Shown: positions 1 through 13,210 of the stretch, piece after piece | Layout of the letters: every line of letters starts with the position of its first letter | Position numbering within the stretch: position 1 is the first letter of the stretch | Source of the DNA: Felis catus | Lineage: Eukaryota | Direction of reading: 5' to 3' | DNA length: 64,000 nucleotides | Assembly (NCBI RefSeq): GCF_018350175.1 | Contig: NC_058368.1 | Coordinates: forward strand, 232,068,001-232,132,000 | Notes under the pieces: model-generated | What the model was told of the DNA's origin: nothing | The model's database searches: none | The model's input: the letters and a program-made list of their open reading frames with translations, nothing else | Made by a program: the position numbers and the translations under genes

Positions 1-1399
1 CGAGAATCCCAGTCTCCACTCCTTTCTATGTGTGAGTACTTCTTGTAACATTACAAATGCCTGTAAAGTCCTTGCATTCATAGATACTCTGCTTAAAGAA
101 GATACTAGTGCTTGCCCCCTAACTGGATTGTGAGCTTCTGGAACAGACCGTTCATTAACAAGTTTTTATAGCTCCAGGGCCTTGTACATACTTTGCTATA
201 ATTTTTTTTTTTTTTAATGATTTGGCTGTAAAATGAATACATTGAAATAAACTTCTTAAAAGGATCAAGATGCACATTACAATTTCAAAACCCAAAGACA
301 GGCCTCTCTAGAACTCAACCCTGGTTTCCTTTATGCAGTGTAGAACTTCTGGTTTATGGCCTTTTCCCCAATAACTGATAGTAGAAAATTGCTGTATTTA
401 TCAGGCGGAGACATTTCTTGAAAATAATCCGTCCCAATCACATCAACAAAGACCTGTGTATGGGACATATTATGGGATGTGGGCATATTTCCATATTATA
501 TCTGTTTTGTAACTTTGTTGATGTGGCATCTGTCATGTGCCTGTTTAGTCAGTGTGATATCACTCAGAATAGTAATCCAAGAAAAAATGACAGATAACGT
601 GGCTAAGTGTCAGGAATAATGATAAGGTGAGGCACAACTAGAGGGCAACTCACTGAGCATTTTTTTTTTTTTTTGGTGTCAGAAATGTGCCCATAAAAGT
701 TGCAAAAGTGGCTCGTGAAGCAGCATTCTGTCCCTCTTCCGAGCTGTCGTGTTACAATAATGAGACTCTAGGCTGGAGGCCATGTCATAGGACTTAACAG
801 TCTTGTGAAAAACCTGTCTCTAAAGAGTGGCTATTTCCTGATTTCCCTTAGGGAAAAAAAAATGCCAATGAGAACTAGAAGTAACTAGATTTCACATCTA
901 GAAAGTGCTGAATGTATTTAACATGCCTGGTCGTGGGGCCAGGATGGAAACCCAAAGTGCAGGGACACGAAGCGTCCACTTTGAAGGAAGGCAGATGGTG
1001 CGCCTGGGTTTGTCCTGGGTCCGAAGGAGGGCTTTGCGATTTCCTTAAGTCTTCAGTTCTTGCCAGGGAGGACACCCAGGAAGTGCTTTTGTTTGCATTC
1101 AGTTTTCCCTGGGTGAAGCGCGTGAATGCTGTGTGGTTTTCCGCCCAGCCCAGCGCCCAAAGGGAAATGCACATCTGGCTTATAAATCACACCCAAGCGC
1201 TGATGCTGTTTTACACAAGCTCGGTGGGGACTGTGTCACATTCTGATGGGAACCGCCAGTGGCCCCTGAACGATCGCGTCAGGGGGCCCTCCAAGCTTCT
1301 CTGCAATGTCATGTTTGCTACCTGATGTGCACCTTTTGTGGTCCCCGGAGGAAAGATCATTCATTTTTATCTTTTTATTTATTTATTTTTCCTGTTTAG

Positions 1400-1499
1400 A
1401 AATTGGCCCCTGGTTACGGGAGTTCAGAGCGAAGAATGCTGTGGATTTCTCGCAGTTAACATTTGACCCAGGACAGAAAGAACTTGTTGTAGGAGCAAG
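1400..1499 (+). CDS. SEMA5A: Semaphorin-5A internal coding exon, 100 nt, phase 1 to 2; start of Sema domain
   Basis: Pyrimidine tract plus AG at 1398-1399 and donor AG|GTGAGA at 1500. Translates (E)IGPWLREFRAKNAVDFSQLTFDPGQKELVVGA(R), which I recognise as mammalian SEMA5A. Confidence 0.97.
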
Positions 1500-1679
1500 G
1501 TGAGAGATCTTACGTTTTGCCACCGCAGATAATTTTGGATTTCGTTTTCCATCTGTGCAGTTACACGTGAGCTTCTCTGCTGTAGCTCACGAGTGCTAAG
1601 TAACGCTTCTTCTAAGAAGGAAATACGGCATAAGGGGCTGTTGACTATGCTACTAATAATAAGATGATGACTGCTTTGC

Positions 1680-1890
1680 ATGGCAGCATTTATTGGGTGC
1701 TCCCCGTGTGCCAGGAACTGTTCTCACATGAATTCATCTACTTTTTTTTTCCTGTGAAAGCTGAGAGGTAGGTATTGTCAACGTCCCTCTGTTAGAGATG
1801 AGGGGATTGAGTCTGGTCGTATTTATGATGTCTAATAAAAGCTGGACCCAGATGTCAGACCCAGGCATTTTGACTCCAGAAACCATGTTC
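1680..1890 (-). mobile_element. MIR (ancient SINE) remnant
   Basis: catttattgggtgc...tgtgccagga...gaggtaggtattg...agatgaggggattgag...cccaggcattttgactccaga resembles antisense MIR core. Confidence 0.7.
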
Positions 1891-2815
1891 GTAACTTGTC
1901 GGTACATTCTTCAGTAAAATTCTGGAGTCGAGATTTGGATGTCCATTCCAATGTGACCTTGACTAGACCATTTTCTCGTCAATTGAGAATTCAAGGAAAC
2001 CGTTACATTTCCCCTCTTCAGGTGCACAAACTCCTGGATCCAGGTCAATATTCGACGTTGCAGTCTGATGACGAGGCTACCAGAACACAATCAGAACAGA
2101 TCTTTGAGTCGTTTCCCTCAAATTTACCGGTGCTTCTTTAGAGAACAGACGGAATCCTTCCGTTCAAATAATTTATCCTGCCCATGTATTTTGAGGGTAA
2201 TTTCTAAAACATAACCTATACATACCTATCTCTTAGGAAAAATATTAACTTTGAAGAAAGAAGCCATTGGTAGATTTGGACTCTCTCTGGAACTCAAGGA
2301 AACCACTTTGGGCACTGGAGTGATGTATCAGATTTAGTAGATTATAAAACATACCTTTCATAGCAAGAGAGAGGATGTGCAGTTTCCATGTATACCTGAG
2401 TGAAGCTAAATCTGGTTTATACCCTAGATAAACACTGAACCATTTCTAGAACCGTTCCTTTTGCTCTCAGATCTCAAGGCAACCTTGTGCACCACCCAGC
2501 CCTTGAAGACATTGAGATGTGCGGGCATAACTTTACATGGGGACACGGACATTGGCTTAGCTCCTAGCACTGAACATGTCACCGGCATGCCTTTTGATAT
2601 TTTTGAGCGGACAGTGAGTACAGATTGGTTGGGCTTATTTGGTGTACTTTTAGTTCCTTCAGCACATTGGGAATCCATGGGGGACTTCAGATGCCGACTT
2701 CCATCAAGCGTATTCACTGGGAGCCTGGATCTTATGTCGCAAGGGTTTTTAATTGGTCCTCTGGCCTCCAGGTTTTGTCCTCTTTCTTCATACCCTGGCC
2801 AACATCATCTTTTTA

Positions 2816-3048
2816 TTTATTTATTTTTAAAAAAAAAATTTTTTTTAACGTTTATTTATTTTTGAGACAGAGAGAGACAGAGCATGAACGGGGAAGGGGC
2901 AGAGAGAGAGGGAGACACAGAATCGGAAGCAGGCTCCAGGCTCTGAGCCGTCAGCCCAGAGCCCGATGCGGGGCTCGAACCCACGGACCGCGAGATCGTG
3001 ACCTGGCTGAAGTCGGACGCTTAACTGACTGCGCCACCCAGGCGCCCC
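2816..3048 (-). mobile_element. Young feline Can-SINE (SINEC_Fc-type)
   Basis: Antisense head ...ctgcgccacccaggcgcccc, (GA)n segment, T-rich tail. TSD CCAACATCATCTTTTTA at 2799-2815 and 3048-3064. Confidence 0.96.
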
Positions 3049-4379
3049 CAACATCATCTTTTTAAAAGCCCCCCCCCTTCGGTAGTCCCCACTGGGTAAA
3101 TGCTGGCACCTTGGGTGTTGCCCAACACACCCTCTGCCTTGTGGTCCCACGTCCCTCATGGATTCCGCTCTTTTTCATTCTCTCATGGTCCAGGCATGTG
3201 GAGTTATTTAAATTGTCCACAACTGTAAAATGTTCTCTTTCCTGCCCCGGGGAGTTGGTGACAAACTCCTTTGCTTTTCTGGAACATCAGCTACCCACCC
3301 ACCCCAACTTTACTTGGTGAACTCAGATGCGTCGTGAGGAGATCTGGCTCCAGGGTCCTCCCCTGGGCCCGAGCGCCTCCAGCCCCTGCACTGCGTGGTC
3401 CTGTTAGCACACCTGTCATCTGCCTTCATTTCTTCCCTTAGCGCGTGACTTTTTGTCAGGTGTCACCACCCCCCCACCCCAGCACACGACCAAATACTGA
3501 CTTACCGGATGGTGGAGGATGTGCCTGTCTTCTCTTTCCTTCCCTAGAATGTGGCACAGTTTCTCCTTTGGCAGAAGCTCAAACACATGTGTGGATGGAA
3601 CATATCTGCTCCGAGAATTTGGTTCGTAAATGTCCTCCTCTGCATCCGGGAGGACCCTCCGGGGAAGATGGGTTGGGTTCAAAGCAGATTTGTTCCAAGG
3701 ACACAAGAGAGTGGCACAGCTAACCCTTAGGGGAAGTGAGCTCTCGCCCTTAGCCAGAGGGGAAGGCGATGCCTGCCAGGCGGCACCAGGTACAAATACC
3801 TCCGTCGGTACCGCTGGGTCTCGGATGCTCCATTGGACCCTGAAGAACTTTGGCAAAGGAGACGGGGAAGAGTCTCCGCTGTTTCTGGTGCCGCATGAGT
3901 GGGACGGCACGGCACACGGGCACACGCATCGCAGGCGTTTGGCTTTTGGCCAGTGACACGGGTTCTCCTCCTGGATGTGATGAGCCACCGGGCAAATTGG
4001 CATTGGGAAGAGCTAGCTCGTGGTCCTGCCCTGGTGGGAGACAGCGCCTGGGAATCGTCCCCAGGGAAGCCTGTCCCCAGAGGTAGCCTTCCCAGGGTCC
4101 CTCAACGTCTGCTGCCATCTCCTGTCACCACATCCCAGCCCAGCCACGCCGGGATCAGACTAGCCACCGAGTCAACCTGGCGCACGGTACGGCGTGGCCA
4201 CCAGGAGCAAAAGGACCGGTAGACTTCAGCACGTCCAAGTCCAGGAGGCACAGTTGAATTTGGATTTCAGACAAGCGACCCCAGGAACACGGGCTGTATT
4301 CTCCGTTCTAGAGCAGCACCCTGGGTGCCAGAGACATTCGATAAACAAGCCAAGAAAGAAGGAAAGACATAGAATGGAC

Positions 4380-4540
4380 TTGCTCAGCTACGTGATCTTG
4401 AGCCACCGTTAGAAATCTAATTTTCTCCTGTTTGGAATCGATATAATTATTCCTACCCCTGTCAGCTGTTGCGAGGATTAAATAAAATAATCCATGAAAA
4501 GCGATTGTCACAGCACCAGGCACGGAGTAAGCATGCAGCG
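4380..4540 (+). mobile_element. MIR remnant
   Basis: gtgatcttgagc...ttttctcctgtttggaa...ctgttgcgaggattaaataaaataatccatgaaaagcg...gcacggagtaagc resembles MIR core and 3' end. Confidence 0.65.
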
Positions 4541-4838
4541 GGACGGTGACTGCGGAAGTCTCCGGGTTTCGGCATATGTGCGCGTGTGCGCTTCAGGCAG
4601 ACATCGCTGAGCGAGGAGAATAGGGATTTTACTAGGAAACTTGGGTGGTGGGATTAGGCTCAGAAAGCTTGAGAGGGAGTGTGAGCCATCTATAACGTTT
4701 TAAAAATAACCCAGCCCTCAGCTTCCTGCTTGGGAGGGCTTGACAGAGCAAAAGAAGTTTAGAGAGCAGGTGCATATTTAGGACATTTGTAATGGTTTAA
4801 ATATGAGTGGTGGAAAAAAAAATACAGTGATAGGCTTT

Positions 4839-4897
4839 CTGTTTTCTTAGAGTTAGCACTCAGCATTGTAAAGCCATTGACTGGGTGGTTTCACTTT
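4839..4897 (+). repeat. 59-bp direct repeat, copy 1
   Basis: ctgttttcttagagttagcactcagcattgtaaagccattgactgggtggtttcacttt; 58/59 identical to 6141-6199. Confidence 0.95.
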
Positions 4898-6140
4898 ATG
4901 TCAGTGATGCTTTATGTTCCTGAAATTGAGTTCAGTTAAAGATTCTTTGTTGCTCATCACAAAAAGGAAGTTCATTGTGCTGCAAAGAGAAAACCTCTCT
5001 TTAAGCGATTTGTGGTTATGTGGTACCAGAAGGTGCCTGCATTCTTGAATTCGTGGAACTTCTGGAAAGATCCCTGAATTTATTATTTCCAAGATGCACG
5101 TTATCTTTTATGCTATTTTGAAAGCATTGGCATTCGTATCCTGTTTTACCCAAGGCTCTTTAAAAATTAAAATAATATTTGTGTTTTCAAAGATGAGGCT
5201 GAGGCATTTGCATTTCAGAAGATGTGGAAAATGCAGTTAAAGCATAAAGAAAGAAACACAATTTCAGAAATAATCACAGTTAAACATTTCAATTATTTCC
5301 CCACGCTATTTGATTTCTATTTCCTTATACGATTGGGGTAATATTTTATGAACGGTTTATATACATCTTTGTCTAAAAACCTACAAAAAGCCACTCTCAT
5401 GATATTTTATATATAAGAAGAAAAACTCCAAAGCGAAGAAATATGTCCTGGTGTAGATTTTGTATAGATAAAGTAAAAAATATTGGTACTTTATTGGTAC
5501 TAGTAACAGTTCACAAAGTTGATACAAGTGTAAGTTTTGTGGCAGATAGGATTGTAAAACTAGGTGTAAGAAGATGATTATACTTTTATTCTCCAAATCA
5601 ATCTGTCTGTCTTTAGTGTTTTGGGTTCACTGGAAGGACTACAGGTGATTCTGTGCTAAATTCAAATGTTATTCCCAATGGCAGCTAACTTGGTTCACAT
5701 ACAATGCAGTGTTCGATTATAAACAGATAATAATCAGGGCATCTGCAAATTAGCCATATTCTTATGAAGCATAAAGCCATAGAATCATAACGAAAAGAGT
5801 CTCTCACCAAAGAGAATGTGAGTTTCCTTCCATTCTTTTTGTGTGTTTCTTGGTCTTTCAGTGGATGTCTGATCACCTTACTGTTCTCTAACCAGCTTCA
5901 GTGTAATAGAAGTATATAAATTGAAAGGCAGAGTCTATAACTTATACTATGATGTTTTAGTAAAAACACTCACCCGTAAAATTTCACATGAGCACCTTTG
6001 AGAGAGGGAGGCCCAGCCCTCTGCTGGTGATTAAGGTTGGTGGGACTGAAGCCCATAGACTCAAAGCTTGGGTCAGGTAGCAATCAAATTTGATGACAAA
6101 TACAACAATTCATGACCTTGGAAATTTCAAATTTTTCTTC

Positions 6141-6199
6141 CTGTTTTCTTAGAGTTAGCACTCAGCATTGTAAAGCCATTTACTGGGTGGTTTCACTTT
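6141..6199 (+). repeat. 59-bp direct repeat, copy 2, followed by AT-rich low-complexity tract
   Basis: Same sequence as 4839-4897 with one G to T change at 6181; (aatttt)n-like tract at about 6200-6295. Confidence 0.95.
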
Positions 6200-8109
6200 T
6201 AATTTTAATTTTAATTTTATTTCTATTGAATATTTACATTTAAATTTAAATTTAAATTTTATTTTATTTTAATAGAATAATTTTAATTCTATTGAAGTTA
6301 CATTACAAAATGGGAACGTTATGGAGATATCAAGAGGAAGGGTAAATGGGAATGCACGAGCCTTCTTGCCCCGGACTTGAGGACCAGCCCCGAGTCTTGC
6401 GCCTTGCACGGAGCCCTTTGCTTTGCCATTACAGTCAGTGAACCGTCTCCACAGAGGGGAAGATATTTCCGTATGCATGTTTCTATAACGGGTACTATAG
6501 ATTTCTAATCAGCATGTTTATTACCGAAAACAAAAACTAAAACTAAGACCTTCGGGCTTCAAGGCATAGCTTGACCTTCATTCATCACAGTCACAAAAAC
6601 TGGTCTTGAAAAATTCTAGTGTGTTATTTTCAAGCATTGTTTTGCCCCTGGTTTGAATCTGCAAAAATAAAGATAAAAAGGAAAGATGAACTTGCTTTTG
6701 TTACGGTGGCGCGGAATTCGCTTTAAGTATTCAAAGCATATGTTCCCATAAGATCACAATTGAATGCACGGGCAGACTTCTATTTAATTAGAAGAAGTTC
6801 CTCCTTTCAAAATGATTTTGTCGCTGGATCTGAACAAAGAGCTGCATTTTAGATTCACATAAAATCATTTTTTTTTAATTGAACCAATGTTATTCACTCT
6901 TTTTTTTTTTGGTGGTGGTGGTTATTCATCATTGCTATTTTTATTTTAAAGTTTTACCTTAGAATTAATCTCTTGGGAGCAATGTATGATTAAAAGGAAA
7001 AATGGAGATTTTTTATAAGATGGGCAATTCTGCTTCCAGGAGCCACTTCTGTTTTCCAAAGGATACATTGTAGTCAAGTATACACAATTGAAGGTAACTT
7101 CTGTGAGTGGAATCAAGTCAGCAGTTAGGAGTGAATCCAAAAGCAATAGACCCCCCCGTAGTGCAAAGAATCCTAGGGTAGCAATGATGTTTACATTGTA
7201 TTTATATTAATTATGATTTAGGAAAAACAGCAGGTGATGAAAAAAAAGGATGGTGCTTTTCATTCCTGCTCGTGGTCTGGAATTTTTTTCAGCTGTTAGT
7301 TTATCATTTAAATATTTTCTCTTCTCTATCATTTTCCTTCTCAGTGTTGGCACTCGATTTATAGATGTGCGTTTCTCTTAGGATTCTCTTTGCCTATCTT
7401 CCTCCTTCTCATACCTATTAATCTTCCAATAGAGTCCATTATGGTTAATTAACCTGATCTGTGTTAAAAAGTCCCACTCCTTTTCTGCTGGCTTTGTTAC
7501 CTTTTGTCCAGTATTTGCCAGACATCAGCGTACCTAAGTACCCCGGGGGCGGGGGTGTGTTCATTCAAAGTGAAGTTTCCTCTGTCCCCTATTCTCAGGT
7601 CTGCTGATTCAGTGAGCTGGAAAGGGTCCAGGAGTGTGAGCTTTTAACAAACAGGTGGTCTACAGAAACTCTTGGGGGAAAGACTTCTGCACCCTGTGTT
7701 CCTTTTGCTGTTGTAAAAAACAGAATAATCTCTACACTTTCCTTCTCTGCTGGAACTGGTGAGCAGATAAGTCTAGCGGCATAGTTATTTATTTAGTTAT
7801 AAAGTCCTTTTTTTCCCCAAATGCATGAATGAGTCAACAAAGCAGTGTAATAAAAATTAATCAGCCTCTTTACTTTGGGTGTATATGTGTGCTATACCGT
7901 GTTGGAGCGTTGAGAGCTTTGCTCCCAGCCAGTGTTACATAGGGTCCATCAGAGTTTATTAGTTCACTTAGTTACCTTTCATGAGTCTTCATTCATCAAA
8001 TATTTATGGAACCTACTTTATGCCAGGAAGTATCTAAGACACTGGGGAAACAAAGACGAAGCCTAGTCTCTACCTGACGAAGACTTCGTAGCCTGGCACA
8101 AACCTAGTG

Positions 8110-8315
8110 CCCAGTTGGCAAGCTGAGGCTCCGTCGTCGGTCTCCTGTTTTTGTAAATAAAGTTTTCCTGGGGCACAGCCACACCCATTCAGTTGCATAT
8201 TTCCTAGGGCTGCTTTTGAACTTTACCTACAGAGATGAGTTGTATCAACTGAGACCATCCATGAAGGCAAAGCATTTGCTGTCTGGCCCTTAAAGACAAG
8301 TTTGCTGACTCTTGA
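8110..8315. mobile_element. MER58A-like hAT-Charlie element
   Basis: tgtttttgtaaataaagttttcctggggcacagccacacccattc...ctggcccttaaagacaagtttgctgactcttg. Confidence 0.75.
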
Positions 8316-8674
8316 CCTAACAGTTGTGGGGGGAACACAAGCAATTAAATTCTCCCAGGGAAGCCTGGGTAAAGGGCTGTAGAAACCCTAAGAAAAAAGA
8401 AACATGACGGTTTTGGGGGGTGAACATGGTGCATGGAGAAGGTGCTTTTTCAAGTGAGCCTTGGAGACACATTACGAGTCTGGCAGATGGAAGAGTCTTC
8501 TTGCCAGAAAGACCATACCTCGGGGAAAGTCCGAGATCCCGATGAGGCTGAGAAGAGTTAAGCTTGACTGGACCAGTTGGTGACCAGTTGGCTGAGGGGG
8601 GGAGTTATTGCAGGTGAAGCAGGAGCTTTAGGTGGGGTCAGATTGTGGAACAGAGTGGACTTAATCTTCCAGAC

Positions 8675-8845
8675 CAGTGATTCCAAATCTGGCCGTCATG
8701 AGAGTTGCCTAAGAGGCCTCACAAGAGCACAGATGCCCAGGCCTCTCCAGCTCATCAGCGTTAGACTTTATGGAAGTAACGTTGAAATCTTTGCTTTAAT
8801 CAAGTTTCTGATGATCTCCTGGCCTGGCAAATTTGAGAGCTTCTG
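8675..8845. mobile_element. MER5-like hAT element
   Basis: cagtgattccaaatctggc...cagatgcccaggcctc...aatttgagagcttctg termini and core. Confidence 0.5.
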
Positions 8846-11800
8846 CTAAAGGCATTAGGAGCTTGGGAGATTTTTCAGTCTGCCTATTTATACGCTCAGA
8901 TTTGCATTGAAGAAGATATTTCTTCCATATTGTGTGCAGAGTCTGCTCGAATTTCAACAATTTGGAGATGGGAACAGCACTTGGGGGCTGTGGATCAGGT
9001 GACAGTAGAAAGAACTTACACTTAGGCAGTGATGGTGGAAATGGGGAGGAGAGATTTGAGACATATTTCAGAGCTGAGTTTGACAGTGATTGATGGTGAC
9101 CCCAGATGGAAAGGTAGAGGGCAAGAGTCAAAGGGGAGATCTGGAGCAAGACTCGGGAGCGTGGCTTGCCGTGATGGCCGTAGCTAGCCCTGAGCATGTG
9201 GGGACTGAGCTGCAATTCTTTGATTATTTGAAGATACATGAAAACAAAACTGAAACAAACACAAAACAGCTCGGCTTTTGCTAACTCTGAAGCTAACCCA
9301 GAAAAAGAATTGTATATGGAGATCACTTGAGGAGTGGACATTCCTAAGAAAACAGGGTTAAAGGAATCCTAAGATAGGTCACTTGGTATTTTTTCAAATG
9401 AAATATGATCTCTATTAACTGAAAAATAGGAGGGAACAAGTCAAATACCCAGCAGACCCACAAAAGCAGGAGTTGTGAGTTAAGTCTGGAGCAGTAAAAG
9501 TCATCGTCTGCAATCCTCAAAGCAAGTAATATTTAGAGCATAGTAAAATTTAAATTATCGGTGTGATTATTAACAATATTGACTAATAACTATGACCCTA
9601 GATGTGCTTATGGGAAAAGGTTTTTCTGGTTTTATATCGCTGCAGTTTGCTAACAGCGTTGGTCTTAATCACTGCACCCCATTCAGAATTCATCTTTGTG
9701 ACTTTATTTTACTTGCAAAAACAAGAAGCTCTCCATCTATTTCTGTGCCTTTCAATCTTGGTGTCTAAACATACAAGAGTGCTATTAAAATGATTTATTC
9801 CTGGTTCTGATATGTTCTTTTGGAACATTTTTAATCACCAAGACTTTTGAAAGGTTTGAAATAACTTTTTGGGGATAAGGAATGGGATAATAGAAGCCGA
9901 TACAATTTTGGGGGAGTTTGTACTGGACGCATATGGTAATATCAACAACAATAAAATCAAAATTATCTTAAAATTTTCATAGCCCAAAGTACATGTAGTC
10001 GTGATTTTAGAGGAGGGTAGCAAAGATTTTGACTGAAGAGGTAGCTTATAAGCATGACTGTATTATTCGCAAACTGTGATCTAAATGTGATCCAACTAAA
10101 TAGTTGTTACCTACTTGCAATAGTTTGGTAATTCAAAAAATTAATTAAATGCCCCAAAACTTGTGGATAAAACATATGAAAGAGATATGGTTGGAATGGT
10201 TATAACTGCAGAAAAAATAAAGGCTCCTGGAATCCGTTTGGAGTCAACCAGCATCATGAAAATCTCTGGGACAGCAATTACAGAATTGGTTCCAGGATGA
10301 AATTAAATCTTCAGATGCTTTGATGTTACTGATATGATTGATACATTAAATACTGACATTCAGATCATTAAAATAATTTTTTATAGAAACATCTTGTGCC
10401 TTAAAGGCTACAGGTGTTACTTTTCCTTAGTTTCAAAATCAGAAACTTACATTTTAATATTCAAATCTGTCAGTGCAGTGGAAAACGTGGGTGTGATGGA
10501 GGGCGTGGCTATTTCAAGCTCTGTGCAGTCGCCTATTGATGACGGGGGAGTCCTGCAGCAAAGAGAAATCGGGTAGGAAGTAGCTGACCCAGGTACAGGT
10601 GAGACTGGCCTTTCGGTTGACGTCAGCTCTCAGATTTACTCAAATGGTGATAGCTGCTCCACAGCGTGTGTTTTGTGTTCAGATGGTTTCATGATCGACC
10701 ACGGTCTGAACTTCTGTTAAACAGAAAGAGAAGTCACTACCCCCATTGTTCAAAACACATTTGATAGATTAGCTTGCTGTTCTGTCTCCATTTTCCTTTC
10801 GTGCCAAATGCGTATCTGTCTGTCTTAATTATTTGGCCTTCTCCTCCTCCGTTATGAGCAAGCCTCTAACTTCCGTGTTCAATAAGAACCTGGAGTTTTC
10901 CTCTTTGATTTTATAGCTATATTCATCAGAGACCAATTGAGTTATTCTAAGAGAATGTCATTTTAAAACACCTGTGTCTTTCATAATTAATGGAGGTCAG
11001 AGTTAAGTTTTATAGTGTCTCTAGATAAAATGAGTCATTTAGTTAATATGCTCATGATGGCTCAACCTTTTCTTTAATGCTGGCTGAATTTTATTACTTT
11101 ACATGAAGACACAAATGAACTTCGTCTATTACAGCCCGCACTGCTCCCTCAGAGGATATGTTGTTGTGCTTAGTGATTTGTTGCTAATAGGCCACTGGGG
11201 GATATGATAGGACGCGGGAATGGGTTATGCAATCCTACAATCAATAAGAAATCAACTCCAGTGAGGAGGGAGAAAACGCGTTCAGATGTCTAGTGGGGAA
11301 ACTATCAAGTTGTGTCTGCCAAATTTAATGGCTTTGTGATTTGAATTATTCAGTCTGTTGGATCTATGTATCCCTCATACATTATTACTCCTAAAAGTAA
11401 TACGGTTATTACATGTGAATGAGCAATGTCAAATTTTATTCCAAGACATTTGAAAAAAAAAAAAAAAGGAGATCCATACCAAGGGAAGAAAAACGCATAC
11501 TTTCATTTACTATCATCGTAAAACTGAACCTTTCCAGCGTGGTAAACTCTTGCTTGGTACTTCTGGAATGAGGGGGGTGGGGAATGGAAATACAGACTAG
11601 TTCTCCTAAGCTGTACCACTGATGCATTCTAAAAAATTCTAATCCCTTAACCTGTTGCACCACTGCCTTTGTCCCTGTAGAGTGGTGATATTCCTTATTA
11701 CTACCTATTTACATCTCCCAGGGTGTTATGATGATGAATGAGACCACTTAAATGCTTTGGGTTGCTCAGAGCTTTGCCCTCCTAGAGAAACTGACCCGAT

Positions 11801-12996
11801 ATGAAACATTTGGTTAGCATTCCCTGTTGGCTGGATGCCAGAATCATTACCCCTTCATGTTGGAAAGGTTGGTAGCCTTTCTCGTGAACCTCACATATAT
11901 TGTTTTCCCTCCTCGGTGTGCTCACGAGTGCAAGATAAAGTGGTTGCCCCTTCTGGAATGCCCCGGAGAACAGCCACTTACAGAGGACCATAGATCTTGC
12001 TTTAGTGTGTGAGTGGCCCAACATCTGGGAATATCAATTTTTTATTCCCTTTAGAAGATTTTCTTTCTTTTTGTAATCTTTAGCTTCGTAGGTCGCTGAC
12101 CCAAACTATGATGGATCAAGCTGTCTTGGGAGATTTCGGGTCCCTCTTGATGCTAGCTGTGTTGGAATTTGTCCAGTAGCAAAAATGGACTTCAAGCTAT
12201 ACTTGGAACCGAATAGTTTGAGGAAAGGCATTTGAGAATCGTAGAATCCACACTGTGTTTTTGTCAGATTCTCAAGTTCCAGGGAGGTGATTGGGGAATT
12301 CCACAAATGTTTCATTTATATTTCATTTCTTAAAAACATTTTTAAAATCGTTGAAAATCATGATAGAGAAAGTGAATACTGAGATGTGTCATATTATATA
12401 TTTCTAATATGGAAAGGTCCAAGAAGGCATTAAGTTGCCTACCTGGATTTTGTGTAGATCACAGTCATGTATTCAACAAATATTTGTAAGCTCTTACCAA
12501 TTCTTTGTCTCCCAAATCAAACAAAAAGTAACAACAAAAATGTAACCGACCAACCGCCACAAAGGTTGTCCAAGGTTATCAATACATATTTCCCGTAATT
12601 CTAGTTTCAAAAATTTTAAGTCACTTTAATCAACTATGATGAACAAATATTATGTGTGAGTACTTTGTTGGATGAATTTTCATTAATGAAGAACTATCCT
12701 CCCTTTTTACATGCTGAGTTTTTACTTAAAATTATTTTGCAATATGTACTTGGTTGCAAAAAAATAAAAAACACTCAAAAAAGTATTTCTCAGGAATTTG
12801 TTGAAATATGTCAGGGCAACAAGTCTTTTATTTGATTGGTCACATATTCATTCAACTCCCTTGGCCATTTCATATCTAAAAAGGGTTACAGTCTTTTAGG
12901 GATTTGTGTTACTTAAAAATACTGACAGATGGTATAGTTTAGCTCTCTCATGTTATAAATGAAGAAACATGGGCACTCTTAAAATAAGTATGGGCA

Positions 12997-13210
12997 GGGG
13001 TGCCTGGGTGGCTCAGTCGGTTAAGCACCCAACTTCAGCTGAGGTCACGATCTCACGGCTCGTGGGTTTGAGCCCCTCATCGGGCTCTGTGCTGACAGCT
13101 CGGAGCCTGGAGCCTGCTTCGGATGCTGTGTCTCCCTCCCTCTCTGCCCTTCTCCTACTCATCTCTGTCTCCCAAAAATGAATAAACATTAAAAAAATTA
13201 AAAAAAAAAA
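12997..13210 (+). mobile_element. Can-SINE
   Basis: ggggtgcctgggtggctcagtcggttaag head, (CT)n, poly-A. TSD aagtatgggcagg on both sides. Confidence 0.95.

Larger units (their letters stand above)
7985..9200 (-). mobile_element. L2 LINE remnant interrupted by DNA-transposon fossils
   Basis: ttcattcatcaaatatttatggaacctac...tgccagg is an antisense L2 3' end; purine-rich L2-like segments at about 8320-8660 and 8850-9200. Confidence 0.55.

Noticed and set aside
912..1325. 137-aa ORF just upstream of the first exon
   Set aside because: Intronic, with no similarity to SEMA5A or any protein I recognise.
2625..3159. Recurring ORFs such as GAPGWRSRLSVRLQPGHDLAV and RETEHERGRGRERGRHR (also at 33.8, 42.4, 43.1 and 51.4 kb)
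   Set aside because: These are translations of Can-SINE sequence, not a gene family.
3416..4003. Longest ORF (195 aa, - strand) and overlapping ORFs
   Set aside because: No recognisable domain; stop-poor because of high GC; multiple overlapping frames on both strands.
12997..13070. tRNA-like A/B boxes
   Set aside because: They belong to tRNA-derived SINE heads; no standalone tRNA gene seen.
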